A DNA stretch of 64,000 nt from an uncultured Verrucomicrobiae bacterium (GCA_963772365.1 CAVYXA010000001.1:1184001-1248000), one strand, 5' to 3'; positions 49,140-59,779 are shown, counted from the stretch's first letter. Notes: generated from the letters alone by a model not told the origin. Program-made: numbers and translations.

Positions 49140-50132
49140 TCAGGAGCGATTGAGAAGTTTCATCATCGCTTCCGGATAGCGCGAGCCGGCAAATGCATTC
49201 AGGGGCGCCACTTCGTCGATCCTCGCCAGGTCCTCACTGGTAAGATCGACATCGAGTGCGCCTATGTTTTCCTGAAGATATTTGCGGTGCTTTGTCCCGG
49301 GAATCGGCACAATGTCGTTGCCCTGCGCCAGAACCCATGCCAGGGCGAGTTGCGCAGCGGTGCAACGTTTCTCACGCGCGATCTCCTCCACTCGCTTCAC
49401 GAGATCGAGGTTGCGTTGAAAATTTTCGCCCTGAAACCGCGGTGTCGATTTCCGATAATCGTCGGCCGCCAGATCGCTTGGCTTTGTGATTTTGCCGGTC
49501 AGAAATCCCCGCCCGAGTGGACTGTAAGGAACAAACCCAATGCCGAGCTCGCGGCAGGCATCAAGAACCTCGCCCTCCGGATCGCGCGTCCAAAGCGAAT
49601 ACTCCGATTGCAATGCTGTGATTGGATGAACCGCGTGCGCGCCCCGGATTGTCTCCGCGCTGGCTTCAGATAATCCGAGAAAACGGACCTTCCCGGCACG
49701 GACAAGTTCCGCCATCGCACCAATGGTTTCCTCGATTGGAGTATCCGGATCGACCCGATGTTGATAATACAAATCAATAACATCGACACCGAGACGGCGC
49801 AGACTTCCTTCGCACGACTGCCGGACGTATTCCGGTTTCCCGTTGATCCCACGAAACTCAGGCTTTTCCGGATCGCGCACGATTCCAAATTTCGTGGCAA
49901 TCACCACCTGCTCGCGGTGACCACGCAATGCGCGTCCAACCAATTCTTCGTTTATATGCGGACCGTAAACGTCGGCCGTATCGGAAAATGTAACGCCGAG
50001 CTCGAGCGCGCGATGGATTGTCGCGATCGATTCCTCATTGTCGCGTCCCGAGTAAAAATCCGACATTCCCATGCAGCCAAGTCCAATCGCCGAAACCACC
50101 GGCCCACCGCGTCCGAGTTTTCGCTGTTTCAT
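49140..50132 (-). CDS. Aldo/keto reductase
   Basis: [22 protein letters not shown] and PIPGT motifs. Confidence 0.92.
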   Translation of the reverse strand: MKQRKLGRGGPVVSAIGLGCMGMSDFYSGRDNEESIATIHRALELGVTFSDTADVYGPHINEELVGRALRGHREQVVIATKFGIVRDPEKPEFRGINGKPEYVRQSCEGSLRRLGVDVIDLYYQHRVDPDTPIEETIGAMAELVRAGKVRFLGLSEASAETIRGAHAVHPITALQSEYSLWTRDPEGEVLDACRELGIGFVPYSPLGRGFLTGKITKPSDLAADDYRKSTPRFQGENFQRNLDLVKRVEEIAREKRCTAAQLALAWVLAQGNDIVPIPGTKHRKYLQENIGALDVDLTSEDLARIDEVAPLNAFAGSRYPEAMMKLLNRS

Positions 50133-50216
50133 AACCGCAACTAAAACGCATCTCACCCGGGAGTCACGCCAATTGCGGCGAATCGGAGAAGCTGAATATC
50201 ATCTCGGGCGGAGTGC

Positions 50217-50303
50217 TTTTGGAGCGCGAGGCGTCTTTGCACCGCTTTTGGGATGCACGTCCGCCCTCGGAAAGCGACGCGAGGACGCGTGCGCACTCCA
50301 AAA
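50217..50303. repeat. GGAG-type REP doublet, family D (TTTTGGAG...CACTCCAAAA)
   Basis: Related to the copies flanking the transposase at 53070. Confidence 0.8.
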
Positions 50304-50333
50304 GCTTCGCGAAATGAAGCAGGGCGTCGGAGA

Positions 50334-51323
50334 TCAGAAGGTCAATTGCGTTCTTCCGCTGCCGCGTTCAATCCGCCCAATTGCTTTCGCTTTCAAGATC
50401 GACATCGCGCGTCTTGCATTTTTCTCAGACACGATCGCGACCATGCCGATGCCCATATTGAAAACCTGATACATCTCCGCAGGATCGACATCGCCATTTC
50501 GCTCGATCGTTCGACAAATTCGCGGCACGGACCATGATTTCGTGTCGATCACGGCATCACAATTCTTCGGCAGCACGCGCGGAAGATTGTCGATCAAGCC
50601 GCCGCCGGTTATGTGAGCCAGTCCCTTGATCATTCCGCTGGGCGCTTTTGCCAGAAGCGGCTGATAATTCTTGTGAACACGCAACAGTTCCGCGCCGACG
50701 CTCTTTGGCTTCATTTTCATTTTTCCAAAGAGAATTTTTCGCGCGAGCGAGTAACCATTCGTGTGTAGTCCATTCGAAGGGAGACCGAGCACGATGTCGC
50801 CCGGCTTGATTGTCGATCCATCGATCATCTTCAGACGTTCGACCACGCCGATGATGCAACCCGCCAGATCGTATTCGCCTTTGCGATACATTCCCGGCAT
50901 CTGCGCCGTCTCGCCGCCGATTAGCGCGCAACCTGCCTCGCGACATGCGCGAGAAAAACCGCGAATAAGTTGATTGAACACGCGCGGCTCAAGTTTCTCG
51001 CATCCGATATAATCGAGAAAGAAAAGCGGCCGCGCCCCGATGACTGCGATGTCGTTCACGCAATGGTTCACCAGATCGGCGCCGACGGTATCGTGTTTGT
51101 TCAGAGCGAAAGCGACCTTCAATTTCGTGCCCACGCCATCAATGCTCGAAACCAAGACTGGATCGCGCATTCCGGAAAATTCTGCGCGAAAGAGACCGCC
51201 AAATCCCCCGACTTTGCCGAGCACTTTCGGCCCATGCGTTTCCTTCACGAGCGATTGAATTTGCTTCTTCAGCTGATTGCCGAGATCGACATCCACGCCC
51301 GCGCGCACATAGGCCTTTTTCAC
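50334..51323 (-). CDS. purM: Phosphoribosylformylglycinamidine cyclo-ligase
   Basis: DGVGTK, GGETA, HTNGYSL and FNMGIG motifs. Confidence 0.95.
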   Translation of the reverse strand: MKKAYVRAGVDVDLGNQLKKQIQSLVKETHGPKVLGKVGGFGGLFRAEFSGMRDPVLVSSIDGVGTKLKVAFALNKHDTVGADLVNHCVNDIAVIGARPLFFLDYIGCEKLEPRVFNQLIRGFSRACREAGCALIGGETAQMPGMYRKGEYDLAGCIIGVVERLKMIDGSTIKPGDIVLGLPSNGLHTNGYSLARKILFGKMKMKPKSVGAELLRVHKNYQPLLAKAPSGMIKGLAHITGGGLIDNLPRVLPKNCDAVIDTKSWSVPRICRTIERNGDVDPAEMYQVFNMGIGMVAIVSEKNARRAMSILKAKAIGRIERGSGRTQLTF

Positions 51324-51332
51324 GTCTTAATG

Positions 51333-51391
51333 TTGTAGGGCAACCGCTCCGGTTGCCAACAATTTTGGCAGGCGGGGCGCCTGCCCTACAA
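51333..51391. repeat. GTAG-type REP doublet, family A
   Basis: TTGTAGGGCAACCGCTCCGGTTGCC...CTGCCCTACAA. Confidence 0.87.
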
Positions 51392-51392
51392 T

Positions 51393-52880
51393 TCATTTTA
51401 GATCCGCGAACAGCTTCGGCTGGCCGTCCTGATCGGCGAGCGCTTTGGCCCGGTTCTCTCGTTTTTCCATGATGAATTTGTCGAGGGCGGGATCGACCGG
51501 CAGCGGATAATTACCTGTAAAACAGGCGAGACAGAATTGGTTTATCGGTTTGCCGGTCGCGCGCACCATTCCTTCGACATCGAGATAGCCGAGACTGTCC
51601 ACACCAAGATACTTGCAGATTTCGTCGATCGACATTTGGTTGGCGATCAATTTTTCCGGATCGGGAAAATCGATCCCGTAATGACAGGCAAAGCGATGCG
51701 GCGGACAGCTCACGCGCATGTGCACTTCCTTCGCGCCGGCTTCGCGCAGGTTCACGACTCGCGCCCGCGCAGTGGTTCCGCGGACGATGGAATCATCGAC
51801 AACCACGACCCGTTTTCCGGCGACCATTTCCTTGACCAGGTTCAATTTCACTCGCACATCGAAATCGCGAATGAGCTGGCTCGGCTGCAAGAACGTTCGG
51901 CCGATGTAATGATTGCGCACAAAAGCGTGCTGATAGGGAATCTTCAGTTCCTGCGCAAAACCGAGCGCGGCATAATTTCCGGAGTCGGGCACTGGAACAA
52001 CGATGTCTGCTTTCGCTGGGAATTTTCTGGCCAGCTCGCGCCCCATTTCCGTGCGCACTTTGCCGACATTCACGCCGCCGATGATGCTGTCTGGCCGCGA
52101 AAAATAAACGTATTCGAACATGCAAAATGCCGGCTGCTGCGGCTGAAACGGAAACTCGGAGCGCAATCCTTTTTCATCGATGATGAGCACTTCGCCGGGC
52201 GCGATCTCGCGGATGAACTCGGCGTGGATCAGATCAAACGCGCAAGTTTCTGAAGCGAGGATATATGCATCATCGAGCCGGCCAAGGGAGAGCGGCCGCC
52301 AGCCAAATGGATCGCGCACCGCGATCAATTCTCGTTCGCTCATGATGATCAGCGAAAATGCGCCTTCGATTCGGCGCAACGCCGCCAGAACGCTGGAACC
52401 GTTATCCGCCGGACGCGCTAACAAATGCAGAATGATTTCGCTATCCGCCGTCGTTTGGAAAATCGAGCCTTTGCGCTCCAATTCATCTCGCAAAGCATCG
52501 GCATTTGTCAGGTTGCCATTGTGGGCGATCGCGATCTGGCCGCGCACGCAATCGACCACGAACGGTTGCGCGTTTTTGATCGTGCTGGTGCCGGTGGTTG
52601 AATACCGCGTGTGTCCGACCGCGCGCGTACCCTTGAGTTTCTCCAGTTCTTCCTGCCCGAAGACCTGCGACACGAGTCCCATTCCTTTTGCCTGCAAAAA
52701 GGTCTGATCGGGTCCGCTCGTTGTGACGATCCCGGCGCTTTCCTGCCCGCGATGTTGCAGGGCGAAAAGTCCATAATAGGTCAGCACTGCAGCGTTTGGA
52801 TGCCCGAACACGCCGAACAATCCGCATTCGTGCTGCGGATAGGATTCACGCTCGGTCGGCTCGGGGATGTCGATCTTCAC
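51393..52880 (-). CDS. purF: Amidophosphoribosyltransferase
   Basis: E-CGLFG propeptide site, LQHRGQE and VDDSIVRGTT; start uncertain. Confidence 0.95.
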   Translation of the reverse strand: MKIDIPEPTERESYPQHECGLFGVFGHPNAAVLTYYGLFALQHRGQESAGIVTTSGPDQTFLQAKGMGLVSQVFGQEELEKLKGTRAVGHTRYSTTGTSTIKNAQPFVVDCVRGQIAIAHNGNLTNADALRDELERKGSIFQTTADSEIILHLLARPADNGSSVLAALRRIEGAFSLIIMSERELIAVRDPFGWRPLSLGRLDDAYILASETCAFDLIHAEFIREIAPGEVLIIDEKGLRSEFPFQPQQPAFCMFEYVYFSRPDSIIGGVNVGKVRTEMGRELARKFPAKADIVVPVPDSGNYAALGFAQELKIPYQHAFVRNHYIGRTFLQPSQLIRDFDVRVKLNLVKEMVAGKRVVVVDDSIVRGTTARARVVNLREAGAKEVHMRVSCPPHRFACHYGIDFPDPEKLIANQMSIDEICKYLGVDSLGYLDVEGMVRATGKPINQFCLACFTGNYPLPVDPALDKFIMEKRENRAKALADQDGQPKLFADLK

Positions 52881-52976
52881 TCGCGATAGGTTTTCGGAGT
52901 CGTCTGGAGGGATCACACTCAATAATCCACTAAAACAAGGCGCGTTCAATGTCGCGATTTCTATTTCGCGCCACCT

Positions 52977-53069
52977 TTCGGAGTGAGACGCGTCCTCGCG
53001 TCGCTTTTATCGCGCGGGCATTGGCTTTCGGTATCCAAAGCGGTGCGAGGACGCTCCCGCACTCCAAAA
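52977..53069. repeat. GGAG-type REP doublet, family D, downstream of the RAYT
   Basis: GGAGTGAGACGCGTCCTCGCG...GCGAGGACGCTCCCGCACTCC. Confidence 0.8.
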
Positions 53070-53597
53070 TCAGAAATCGTCCGGCACATTGACCTTGTCG
53101 ATCTTAAAATTCTTCACCGTGTTCCCGAAGGCTGGCGAAGTATTGTGCAGGAACCAGGCGGCCGAACACCATTTGTAATTCTCGGCGATGGCAGTCACGC
53201 CATGATGGACTGGGTTATGATGAACGTAATTCAGTCGGGCCAAATAGGAGCGTTCAAAGGTGATATGGCTATCCCAAAATTGGTACCAAACTCTTCGACC
53301 AGGGGCATTGTCCCAATGATTCAATTTTTTGGACGTCTGCATGTGCAGCTTTCCCAAAAATTTCCGGAGTGTCCCGGGCTCCTGCGGCGAAGCCGCGATA
53401 AAATGATAATGATTCGCTAGAACTGCCCAAGCACGGAGGTCCCAGCAAAATGCCGCAGCCGAGGCAAACAAAGACTCGACGAAAAAATTAAGACGCATCG
53501 GTGAGTTCAAATGCGGAAGCTTTTTGTAAGTCCCGGCCGTAACCATATAAAGCCCAGGCTCGAAAAGCCAATGCACCGGGGCATGCGGCCACTTCAT
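53070..53597 (-). CDS. REP-associated tyrosine transposase (RAYT/TnpA-REP, Y1 HUH family), apparently intact
   Basis: YMVT..T, WAVLANHYH (HUH), WYQFWD and LNYVHHNPV..G; flanked by REPs. Confidence 0.88.
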   Translation of the reverse strand: MKWPHAPVHWLFEPGLYMVTAGTYKKLPHLNSPMRLNFFVESLFASAAAFCWDLRAWAVLANHYHFIAASPQEPGTLRKFLGKLHMQTSKKLNHWDNAPGRRVWYQFWDSHITFERSYLARLNYVHHNPVHHGVTAIAENYKWCSAAWFLHNTSPAFGNTVKNFKIDKVNVPDDF

Positions 53598-53638
53598 GCC
53601 GTAGTGAATGTCGAAAATTTGATCAACTGGCAACGTCT

Positions 53639-53699
53639 TTTTGGAGTGCGCGGACATGTCCGCGCTTTCAAAGCGGCGACATGTCGCCGCACTCCAAAA
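53639..53699. repeat. GGAG-type REP doublet, family D, upstream of the RAYT
   Basis: TTTTGGAGTGCGCGGACATGTCCGCGC...GCGGCGACATGTCGCCGCACTCCAAAA. Confidence 0.85.
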
Positions 53700-56072
53700 T
53701 CACAAGCTCGGGATGCGTTCACCAGCGGAATCGGATTCCACTGCGCGCCGGATCGCGTTCCACCAATCATCGTAAAGATCCCTAATGGACCAGCGAAGGT
53801 CCTCATCGTTCACTTTGATTCGCAATTCGTCGCCGCCGATTTTTCCAAGCTGTTCGAAAGGAACATCAAGGTCGCGGAGAATCGACATCGCCCTTTCCGC
53901 ATTGTTCGGAGCGACAGAAATGATGATGCGCGACTGCGATTCGTTAAACAATGCAACCGGAGCTGGTTGGTTTGTTTTTAGATCGACATCCGCGCCCAAC
54001 AGCTTTTCGGGATTGAAACAACATTCGGCCAGAGTGACGGCCAAGCCGCCTTCACTGCAATCATGCGCGCTTTTAGCGAGACCGGCGCGAATCAACTCGC
54101 ACACCGCATTTTGTATTTTAATTTCGTGGCCAAGATCGACGTGCGGTGGCGGGCCGATCTTGAGACCGTGACAAGTTTTCAGATAACGCGAGCCGCCGAG
54201 CAAAGACACTTCATCTCGACGGTCATAGACCGCCGCTATAGCGCCGATGAGAAGAATCACGTCGCCTTCGTTTTTGAACCATTGCGTCGTTATGTGTTTT
54301 TCGTCGTCGATCAAGCCGACCATCCCAATCGTCGGAGTAGGATCGACAACGCCAGCCGGACTCTCGTTATATAAGGAAACATTTCCGCCGGTGACCGGTG
54401 TTCCGAAAACGCGGCACGCTTCGCCGATTCCTTCAACCGCTTCACGCAACTGCCAGAAATTCGCCGGTTTGTAGGGATTGCCAAAATTCAAATTATCGGT
54501 CACGGCGAGCGGACGCGCGCCCGAGCATGTGAGATTTCGCGCTGCTTCGGCCACGGCAATTTTTGCTCCCTCGCGGGGATCGAGCGCGCAGTAGAGCGAA
54601 TTGCAGTCCGTCGTCGCAGCCAAAATCTTATTCGCATAACGAACGAAAAATACCGCTGCGTCCGAACCGGGTTTTACAAAAGTTCCGGTCCGGACAGTGT
54701 GATCATATTGGCGATAGACCCAGTTCTTCGAAGCAATGGTCGGGTCGCGCAGCAATTCGCAAAGAGATTTCACCACAGAGGACGCAGGGAGCGCGGAGAT
54801 TTTCTTAATTTTCTCCGTGATCTCTGCGGTTGGTTTCCTGGCTTCTCGCGAATACAGCGGCGCTTCTTCAGCCAGCGGTTTCGCCGGAATTTCAGCAGCG
54901 ATCGATCCATTGTTGCGCACGCGCATCAGGCCGTCATCGGTCACGCGGCCGATCTCGGCCCATGGCACATCCCATTTATCGAAAATTTCGCGCAGCAGAT
55001 TTTCCTTACCGCGCCTGGCGATGATCAACATTCGCTCCTGCGATTCGCTGAGCATGATCTCATACGGCGTCATACCAGGTTCGCGTTTGGGAACTTTTGC
55101 CAAATCGATCTCGATACCGCTGCCGCCGCGACTTGCCGTTTCGCAAGTCGAACAGGTCAAGCCAGCCGCGCCCATGTCCTGAATTCCTGCGACGGCATCA
55201 CGGGCAAGAAGTTCGAGGCAGGCTTCGAGCAAAAGTTTTTCCTTAAACGGATCTCCCACCTGCACGGCCGGACGATCTTCTTTTGATTCCTCGGTCAATT
55301 CCCGCGAGGCAAATGCCGCGCCGGCAAGTCCATCGCGACCGGTCTCAGCGCCGACATAGAAGACAGGATTCCCGACGCCACGCGCAGCTCCACGAGCAAG
55401 TTGTTCGTGCCGAAGGACGCCAAGACAAAAAACATTCACTAGCGGATTGCCCTCAAAACTTTCATCAAAATAAATTTCGCCGCCGATTGTAGGAATGCCG
55501 ATGCAATTCCCGTAATGAGCGATGCCGCTCACCACGCCGGTAAACAGGCGGCGGTTGGCGGCGATACGCGATGCGCGTTCCGCCATGCGCGATGGATCTT
55601 CTGATTCCGCATCTCGCACCCCACATCCCGCACCATCGACAATTGGCCCGAACCGCAGCGAATTCAGACAAAATTCCGGCCGCGCGCCCATGGTGAAGAT
55701 GTCGCGAATGATTCCTCCGACTCCGGTCGCTGCGCCCTGAAACGGCTCGATCGCGCTGGGATGATTGTGGCTCTCAATCTTGAATGCAATCGCCCAGCCG
55801 TCGCCGATATCGACCACCCCGGCATTTTCTTCACCGGCTTTGACCAGAATATTCGGGCCGGTGGTGGGCAGTTTCTTCAATTCCTTGCGGGAGTTTTTAT
55901 AGGAACAATGCTCGCTCCACATCACGGAAAAAATTCCCAGCTCGGTGAAATTCGGTTCGCGTCCCAGAATTTTTTTGATCCGCTCATACTCGTCCGGCGT
56001 AAGTCCGTGTTGCTTCACCAGTTGCGGCGTGACGATCGGATCGGCAGTTGTATGTTTGCTGCTCATCGACAA
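53700..56072 (-). CDS. purL: Phosphoribosylformylglycinamidine synthase subunit PurL
   Basis: [29 protein letters not shown] and HDCSEGG motifs. Confidence 0.95.
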   Translation of the reverse strand: MSMSSKHTTADPIVTPQLVKQHGLTPDEYERIKKILGREPNFTELGIFSVMWSEHCSYKNSRKELKKLPTTGPNILVKAGEENAGVVDIGDGWAIAFKIESHNHPSAIEPFQGAATGVGGIIRDIFTMGARPEFCLNSLRFGPIVDGAGCGVRDAESEDPSRMAERASRIAANRRLFTGVVSGIAHYGNCIGIPTIGGEIYFDESFEGNPLVNVFCLGVLRHEQLARGAARGVGNPVFYVGAETGRDGLAGAAFASRELTEESKEDRPAVQVGDPFKEKLLLEACLELLARDAVAGIQDMGAAGLTCSTCETASRGGSGIEIDLAKVPKREPGMTPYEIMLSESQERMLIIARRGKENLLREIFDKWDVPWAEIGRVTDDGLMRVRNNGSIAAEIPAKPLAEEAPLYSREARKPTAEITEKIKKISALPASSVVKSLCELLRDPTIASKNWVYRQYDHTVRTGTFVKPGSDAAVFFVRYANKILAATTDCNSLYCALDPREGAKIAVAEAARNLTCSGARPLAVTDNLNFGNPYKPANFWQLREAVEGIGEACRVFGTPVTGGNVSLYNESPAGVVDPTPTIGMVGLIDDEKHITTQWFKNEGDVILLIGAIAAVYDRRDEVSLLGGSRYLKTCHGLKIGPPPHVDLGHEIKIQNAVCELIRAGLAKSAHDCSEGGLAVTLAECCFNPEKLLGADVDLKTNQPAPVALFNESQSRIIISVAPNNAERAMSILRDLDVPFEQLGKIGGDELRIKVNDEDLRWSIRDLYDDWWNAIRRAVESDSAGERIPSL

Positions 56073-56148
56073 AGCAGGTTAACGCATCCGAAGCATCCGT
56101 CGAATACACTCATTACGAACCTTGGAAAAACAAACGAAGGGAAAACAG

Positions 56149-56496
56149 ATGAAGAAAACAATTATTGGTCTTGCTTGTGCGATCATAGCGCCATTCGCTT
56201 TTGCTCAAACGAGCACAACAACCACGCAGGAAACGTCCACAGATGCAACCGGCACGACATCGCAGACCACCACGACCTATACCACCGGCACCGTAACAAC
56301 CTACGAGCCCGGTAAGACGATCGTAGTGAAAAGCTCAGAAGGTCCCGTGAGCTTCGCCCTGGGCACTGCTGCCAACATCGTGGACGCCACGGGCAAATTG
56401 CTGACAGCGCCGTTGCGCTCGGGCCAAAAGGTCCGTGTCTATTATAGCGGCAGAGGCGATAACCGCACAGTTGAGCGCGTGATGGTGGAAGATTAG
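56149..56496 (+). CDS. Small exported protein with a Thr-rich N-terminus
   Basis: Signal peptide AFA-Q; similar to the next gene. Confidence 0.75.
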   Translation: MKKTIIGLACAIIAPFAFAQTSTTTTQETSTDATGTTSQTTTTYTTGTVTTYEPGKTIVVKSSEGPVSFALGTAANIVDATGKLLTAPLRSGQKVRVYYSGRGDNRTVERVMVED

Positions 56497-56547
56497 CAAC
56501 AGAAAGCGAGCCGGTTTTTTTGCCGGTCTCGTCAGTTAACACTAAGG

Positions 56548-56580
56548 GCCGCAGATTGAACAATCTGCGGCTTTTTGTTT
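56548..56580 (+). terminator. Rho-independent terminator
   Basis: GCCGCAGATT-GAAC-AATCTGCGGC followed by TTTTTGTTT. Confidence 0.75.
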
Positions 56581-56667
56581 CGTGACGCTATCATGTGGAC
56601 ATCCGAAAAAATCGACGGCTGCGAAAACTTAAGAAACATCAACAGCAACAAAAGGAAGGGAAATCTA

Positions 56668-57033
56668 ATGAAAACATTACTTGTATTACTTGCTTTCGCG
56701 CTCATGACACCGTTTGCCTTTGGCCAAACAACCAGAGCGCGCGTCCGGACCAACACAGCGAACACGGCCGGCACAGTCCCGGGGAGTTTCAATGCGAGCC
56801 ATATTATGGCGGTGAATTCCTTTGCTCCGGGTGATAGGATCGTTGTGCAGACTTCGGGCGACACGCATCCGGTGAGCATCTCGCTCAATGGGGCGGATGT
56901 CGCTTATGTCACAGCGGCCGGCCAGCAGATCAATCCGAACTCGATCCGGCCCGGATCGCATGTGCGGCTCGAGTTTACCGGCACAGGACAAAATCGAGTT
57001 CTCACTCGCATTGTGCTGGTCAGCTCATCTTAA
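56668..57033 (+). CDS. Small exported protein, paralogue of 56149
   Basis: AGGAAGG RBS, signal peptide, PG..IVV...PVS pattern. Confidence 0.72.
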   Translation: MKTLLVLLAFALMTPFAFGQTTRARVRTNTANTAGTVPGSFNASHIMAVNSFAPGDRIVVQTSGDTHPVSISLNGADVAYVTAAGQQINPNSIRPGSHVRLEFTGTGQNRVLTRIVLVSSS

Positions 57034-57055
57034 GGCCGTAGAATCGAGAGAGATT

Positions 57056-57094
57056 AAAGCCGCAGGACTTTAAGCGGGTTCTGCGGCTTTCTTG
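57056..57094 (+). terminator. Probable rho-independent terminator
   Basis: AAAGCCGCAG...CTGCGGCTTTCTT. Confidence 0.6.
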
Positions 57095-57132
57095 TTGTCG
57101 ATCTTCCACCGGCGAAGCGCTAGTATCGTGTC

Positions 57133-57636
57133 ATGGATCTTGCCACGCTGGCTAATCTGGCAACTGCGGTGACTGTGATCATCGGCGTTATCTTTGGCTT
57201 GATAGAAGCGCGCCGAATCCGGCGCGAACGCGAAGAGCGAGCGGCATTGGAAGCCGTGCACGTTTTATTGACCCCGGCTTACATGGATTCGTTTCTTATC
57301 GTGCAAGCTATTCCCGACGGAGCGACTGCGCATGACATCGAATCTGATCCGCGAATTCTTCAGGCGGCACGTTCAGCCGGAATTGTAATAGAAGGCCTGG
57401 CCTTTGCAGTCTTTCAACGGATTGTTCCGTTGTCCGTGGTCGATGACCTGGCCAGCGGAAGTATTCGGGTGATGTGGCGGAAGTTGCGGCCATATGCGGA
57501 AGCCGAGCGAGCGCGAAGTTCGCAAAAAACTTTTGAATGGTTTCAATGGCTGGCCGAGCAGCTGGAAAAATATCAAATGGGAAAAACGAGCCTCGAGAAA
57601 GGCGCCCACGAAGCCTACCGGGATTGGAAACCGTGA
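57133..57636 (+). CDS. DUF4760-like membrane-anchored protein
   Basis: N-terminal TM helix; W.KLRPY...R and EWFQWLA. Confidence 0.6.
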   Translation: MDLATLANLATAVTVIIGVIFGLIEARRIRREREERAALEAVHVLLTPAYMDSFLIVQAIPDGATAHDIESDPRILQAARSAGIVIEGLAFAVFQRIVPLSVVDDLASGSIRVMWRKLRPYAEAERARSSQKTFEWFQWLAEQLEKYQMGKTSLEKGAHEAYRDWKP

Positions 57637-57654
57637 GGCGTGTCCGGTCTCAAA

Positions 57655-57716
57655 TTGTAGGGCAACCGCTCCGGTTGCCGCCGCTTGGTCTGGCAAGCGA
57701 AGCGCTTGCCCTACAA
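57655..57716. repeat. GTAG-type REP doublet, family A
   Basis: TTGTAGGGCAACCGCTCCGGTTGCC...TTGCCCTACAA; contains the stop codon of the second RAYT. Confidence 0.87.
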
Positions 57717-58202
57717 TTTCAAATCTGGTAATTCGTAGCGATACGGCCAATCTTCTGGTCGTTTTATCAAGCTGGCTCGTACCGGGTTTTCTTCAATGTA
57801 TAGCCATTTTTCATACACCGATTCCTAGGCCCGTAGGAGGCGGTCAAAACAACCTGGTTGCCATTTCCAGGAAGCATGTAGTTCCTGTCGCATCCAGCGT
57901 TTTAATGCCGCCGCAAGATTTCCGACCCTGGCCTCGCGATCTTTTGTTGGCGCGGCCAGAATATGAAGATGATCAGGCATGACTACGGCGGCGAGCATAT
58001 TCCAGTCGCTCAGCTTCGCCGCAGCATTTTTGAATGCAATGAAAGCGCGGTCATTTCCCAGGACAGGTTTTCGATTCGCCACACAAATCGTGACGAAATA
58101 AGTCACGGATTGGTCCCAGCGTAACCAAACAGGAATCCTCGGTGGATGACCTATTGTCCTAATATTGCCAGGCGATGCGCCCGCCCTACAACACGAAACC
58201 AT
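57711..58202 (-). pseudogene. Second RAYT, interrupted by an in-frame TAG at 57825-57827
   Basis: YFVTIC, VVMPDHLH, WQPGCFDRLLRA*ESVYEKWLYIEENPVRASL..RPEDWPY. Confidence 0.85.
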
Positions 58203-58248
58203 GAATGCCGGTGCTCTTACAAATTGTAGGGCAACCGCTCCGGTTGCC
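58170..58248. repeat. Family A REP halves upstream of the second RAYT
   Basis: GCCCGCCCTACAA at about 58179-58191 and TTGTAGGGCAACCGCTCCGGTTGCC at 58224-58248. Confidence 0.78.
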
Positions 58249-58333
58249 ATGTCTTCATCATTATTTTGGCTTCGGGTTTGGTCATTCTCCTGGGCGGTTT
58301 GCGTTTCAATTCTAAATCGCGGAAGATTTCCTG

Positions 58334-59749
58334 ATGGCTTTTGATCTCAAAGAAATCATCGCCGCGCGACTCGGCGAAAATTATCAACTGCACGAGAAGC
58401 ACGTGAATCGCACGCTCGTGCAGGCCCAGCGTGTCATCGGTTTCGATAAAGTCTATGCCCGGGCCGAGGGCGCATATCTCTACGACATGGATAATGTCGC
58501 CTATCTCGATTTCCTCAGCGGCTACAGCGTTTTCAACATCGGCCGCAATCATCCCGTGGTGAAGAAAGCGATCCGCGACGTGCTCGATCTCGATTTGCCG
58601 AACATGGTGCAAATGGATTGTTCGCTCTTGAGCGGCTTACTGGCGGAAGCGATCGTCAAACGCACACCGTCCCATCTCGATGCCGTATTCTTTTGCAACT
58701 CCGGCACCGAAGCGACGGAGGGCGCGATCAAATTTGCGCGCGCCGCTACGGGCCGGAAACGGATGATCTCATTGGCGAGCGCGTTTCACGGGTTGAGCGT
58801 CGGTTCGCTTTCGCTCATGGGCTGCCAAAGTTTTACCGAAGGTTTTGGACCGTTGATGGAAGGATTCGACGCGCGCGTGCCGCTCGATAACATCGACGAG
58901 TTAGATCGACAATTGCGTTCGCGCGATGTCGGCGGGTTCGTGATCGAGACCGTTCAGGGCAAAGGTTGCCAGACATCGAAGACCGATTTTTTCCCGCGCG
59001 CACAGGAACTTTGCCGCAAGTACGGCACACTCTTAATTTCTGATGAAGTCCAGACCGGACTTGGTCGGACCGGGAAAATGTTTGGCTTCGAACATTGGAA
59101 CTTGGAGCCGGACATCATCACGCTCGCGAAAACGTTGAGCGGCGGCTACGTCCCGTGCGGCGCGATCGTGACGAGGCGCGACATTTACCAGAAAACATTT
59201 TCGCGGATGGACCGTTGCGTTGTTCATTCAACGACGTTCGGCCGGAACAATTTAGCCATGGCCTGCGGACTGGCCGCGCTGGAAGTGATCGATCAGGAAA
59301 ACCTGGTCGAGCGCGCGGCGAAGATGGGCGCGCTGCTCATGGAGAAGATCGACAATCTGAAGTCGAAACATTCGTTCATCAAAGAAGTCCGCGGCAAAGG
59401 GTTAATGATCGGGATCGAATTTCACGAGCCGAGCGAGTTCAAGCTCAAGATGGCCTGGAAACTTTTGCACAAGATCGACAAGGTGTTGTTCGCACAGATG
59501 ATCGTGACCCAGATGTTGAGCAAATATCGGATCCTCACCCAGGTCGCCGGTCATGCCATGGACGTGATGAAAATTCTTCCACCGCTCATCATTGAGGAAA
59601 AAGAAGTGGACATATTCGTGAATGCGCTCGACGGGGTGCTTACCGAGTGCCGCAAATTCCCCGGCCCGATGTGGGAGCTGGGAAACAATTTCGTCAAAGC
59701 CGCGCTCGGCTCGAGAAAATCATCCGAGCCAAAGCCGGTTTCGGCGTAG
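58334..59749 (+). CDS. Class III PLP aminotransferase, HpnO-like
   Basis: YLDFLSG, GRNHP, NSGTEA, DEVQTG.GRTG and AKTLSGG; N-terminus resembles HpnO. Confidence 0.85.
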   Translation: MAFDLKEIIAARLGENYQLHEKHVNRTLVQAQRVIGFDKVYARAEGAYLYDMDNVAYLDFLSGYSVFNIGRNHPVVKKAIRDVLDLDLPNMVQMDCSLLSGLLAEAIVKRTPSHLDAVFFCNSGTEATEGAIKFARAATGRKRMISLASAFHGLSVGSLSLMGCQSFTEGFGPLMEGFDARVPLDNIDELDRQLRSRDVGGFVIETVQGKGCQTSKTDFFPRAQELCRKYGTLLISDEVQTGLGRTGKMFGFEHWNLEPDIITLAKTLSGGYVPCGAIVTRRDIYQKTFSRMDRCVVHSTTFGRNNLAMACGLAALEVIDQENLVERAAKMGALLMEKIDNLKSKHSFIKEVRGKGLMIGIEFHEPSEFKLKMAWKLLHKIDKVLFAQMIVTQMLSKYRILTQVAGHAMDVMKILPPLIIEEKEVDIFVNALDGVLTECRKFPGPMWELGNNFVKAALGSRKSSEPKPVSA

Positions 59750-59754
59750 CGCAA

Positions 59755-59779
59755 TTGTAGGGCAAGCGCTGCGCTTGCC
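59755..59779. repeat. Single family A REP
   Basis: TTGTAGGGCAAGCGCTGCGCTTGCC. Confidence 0.75.
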
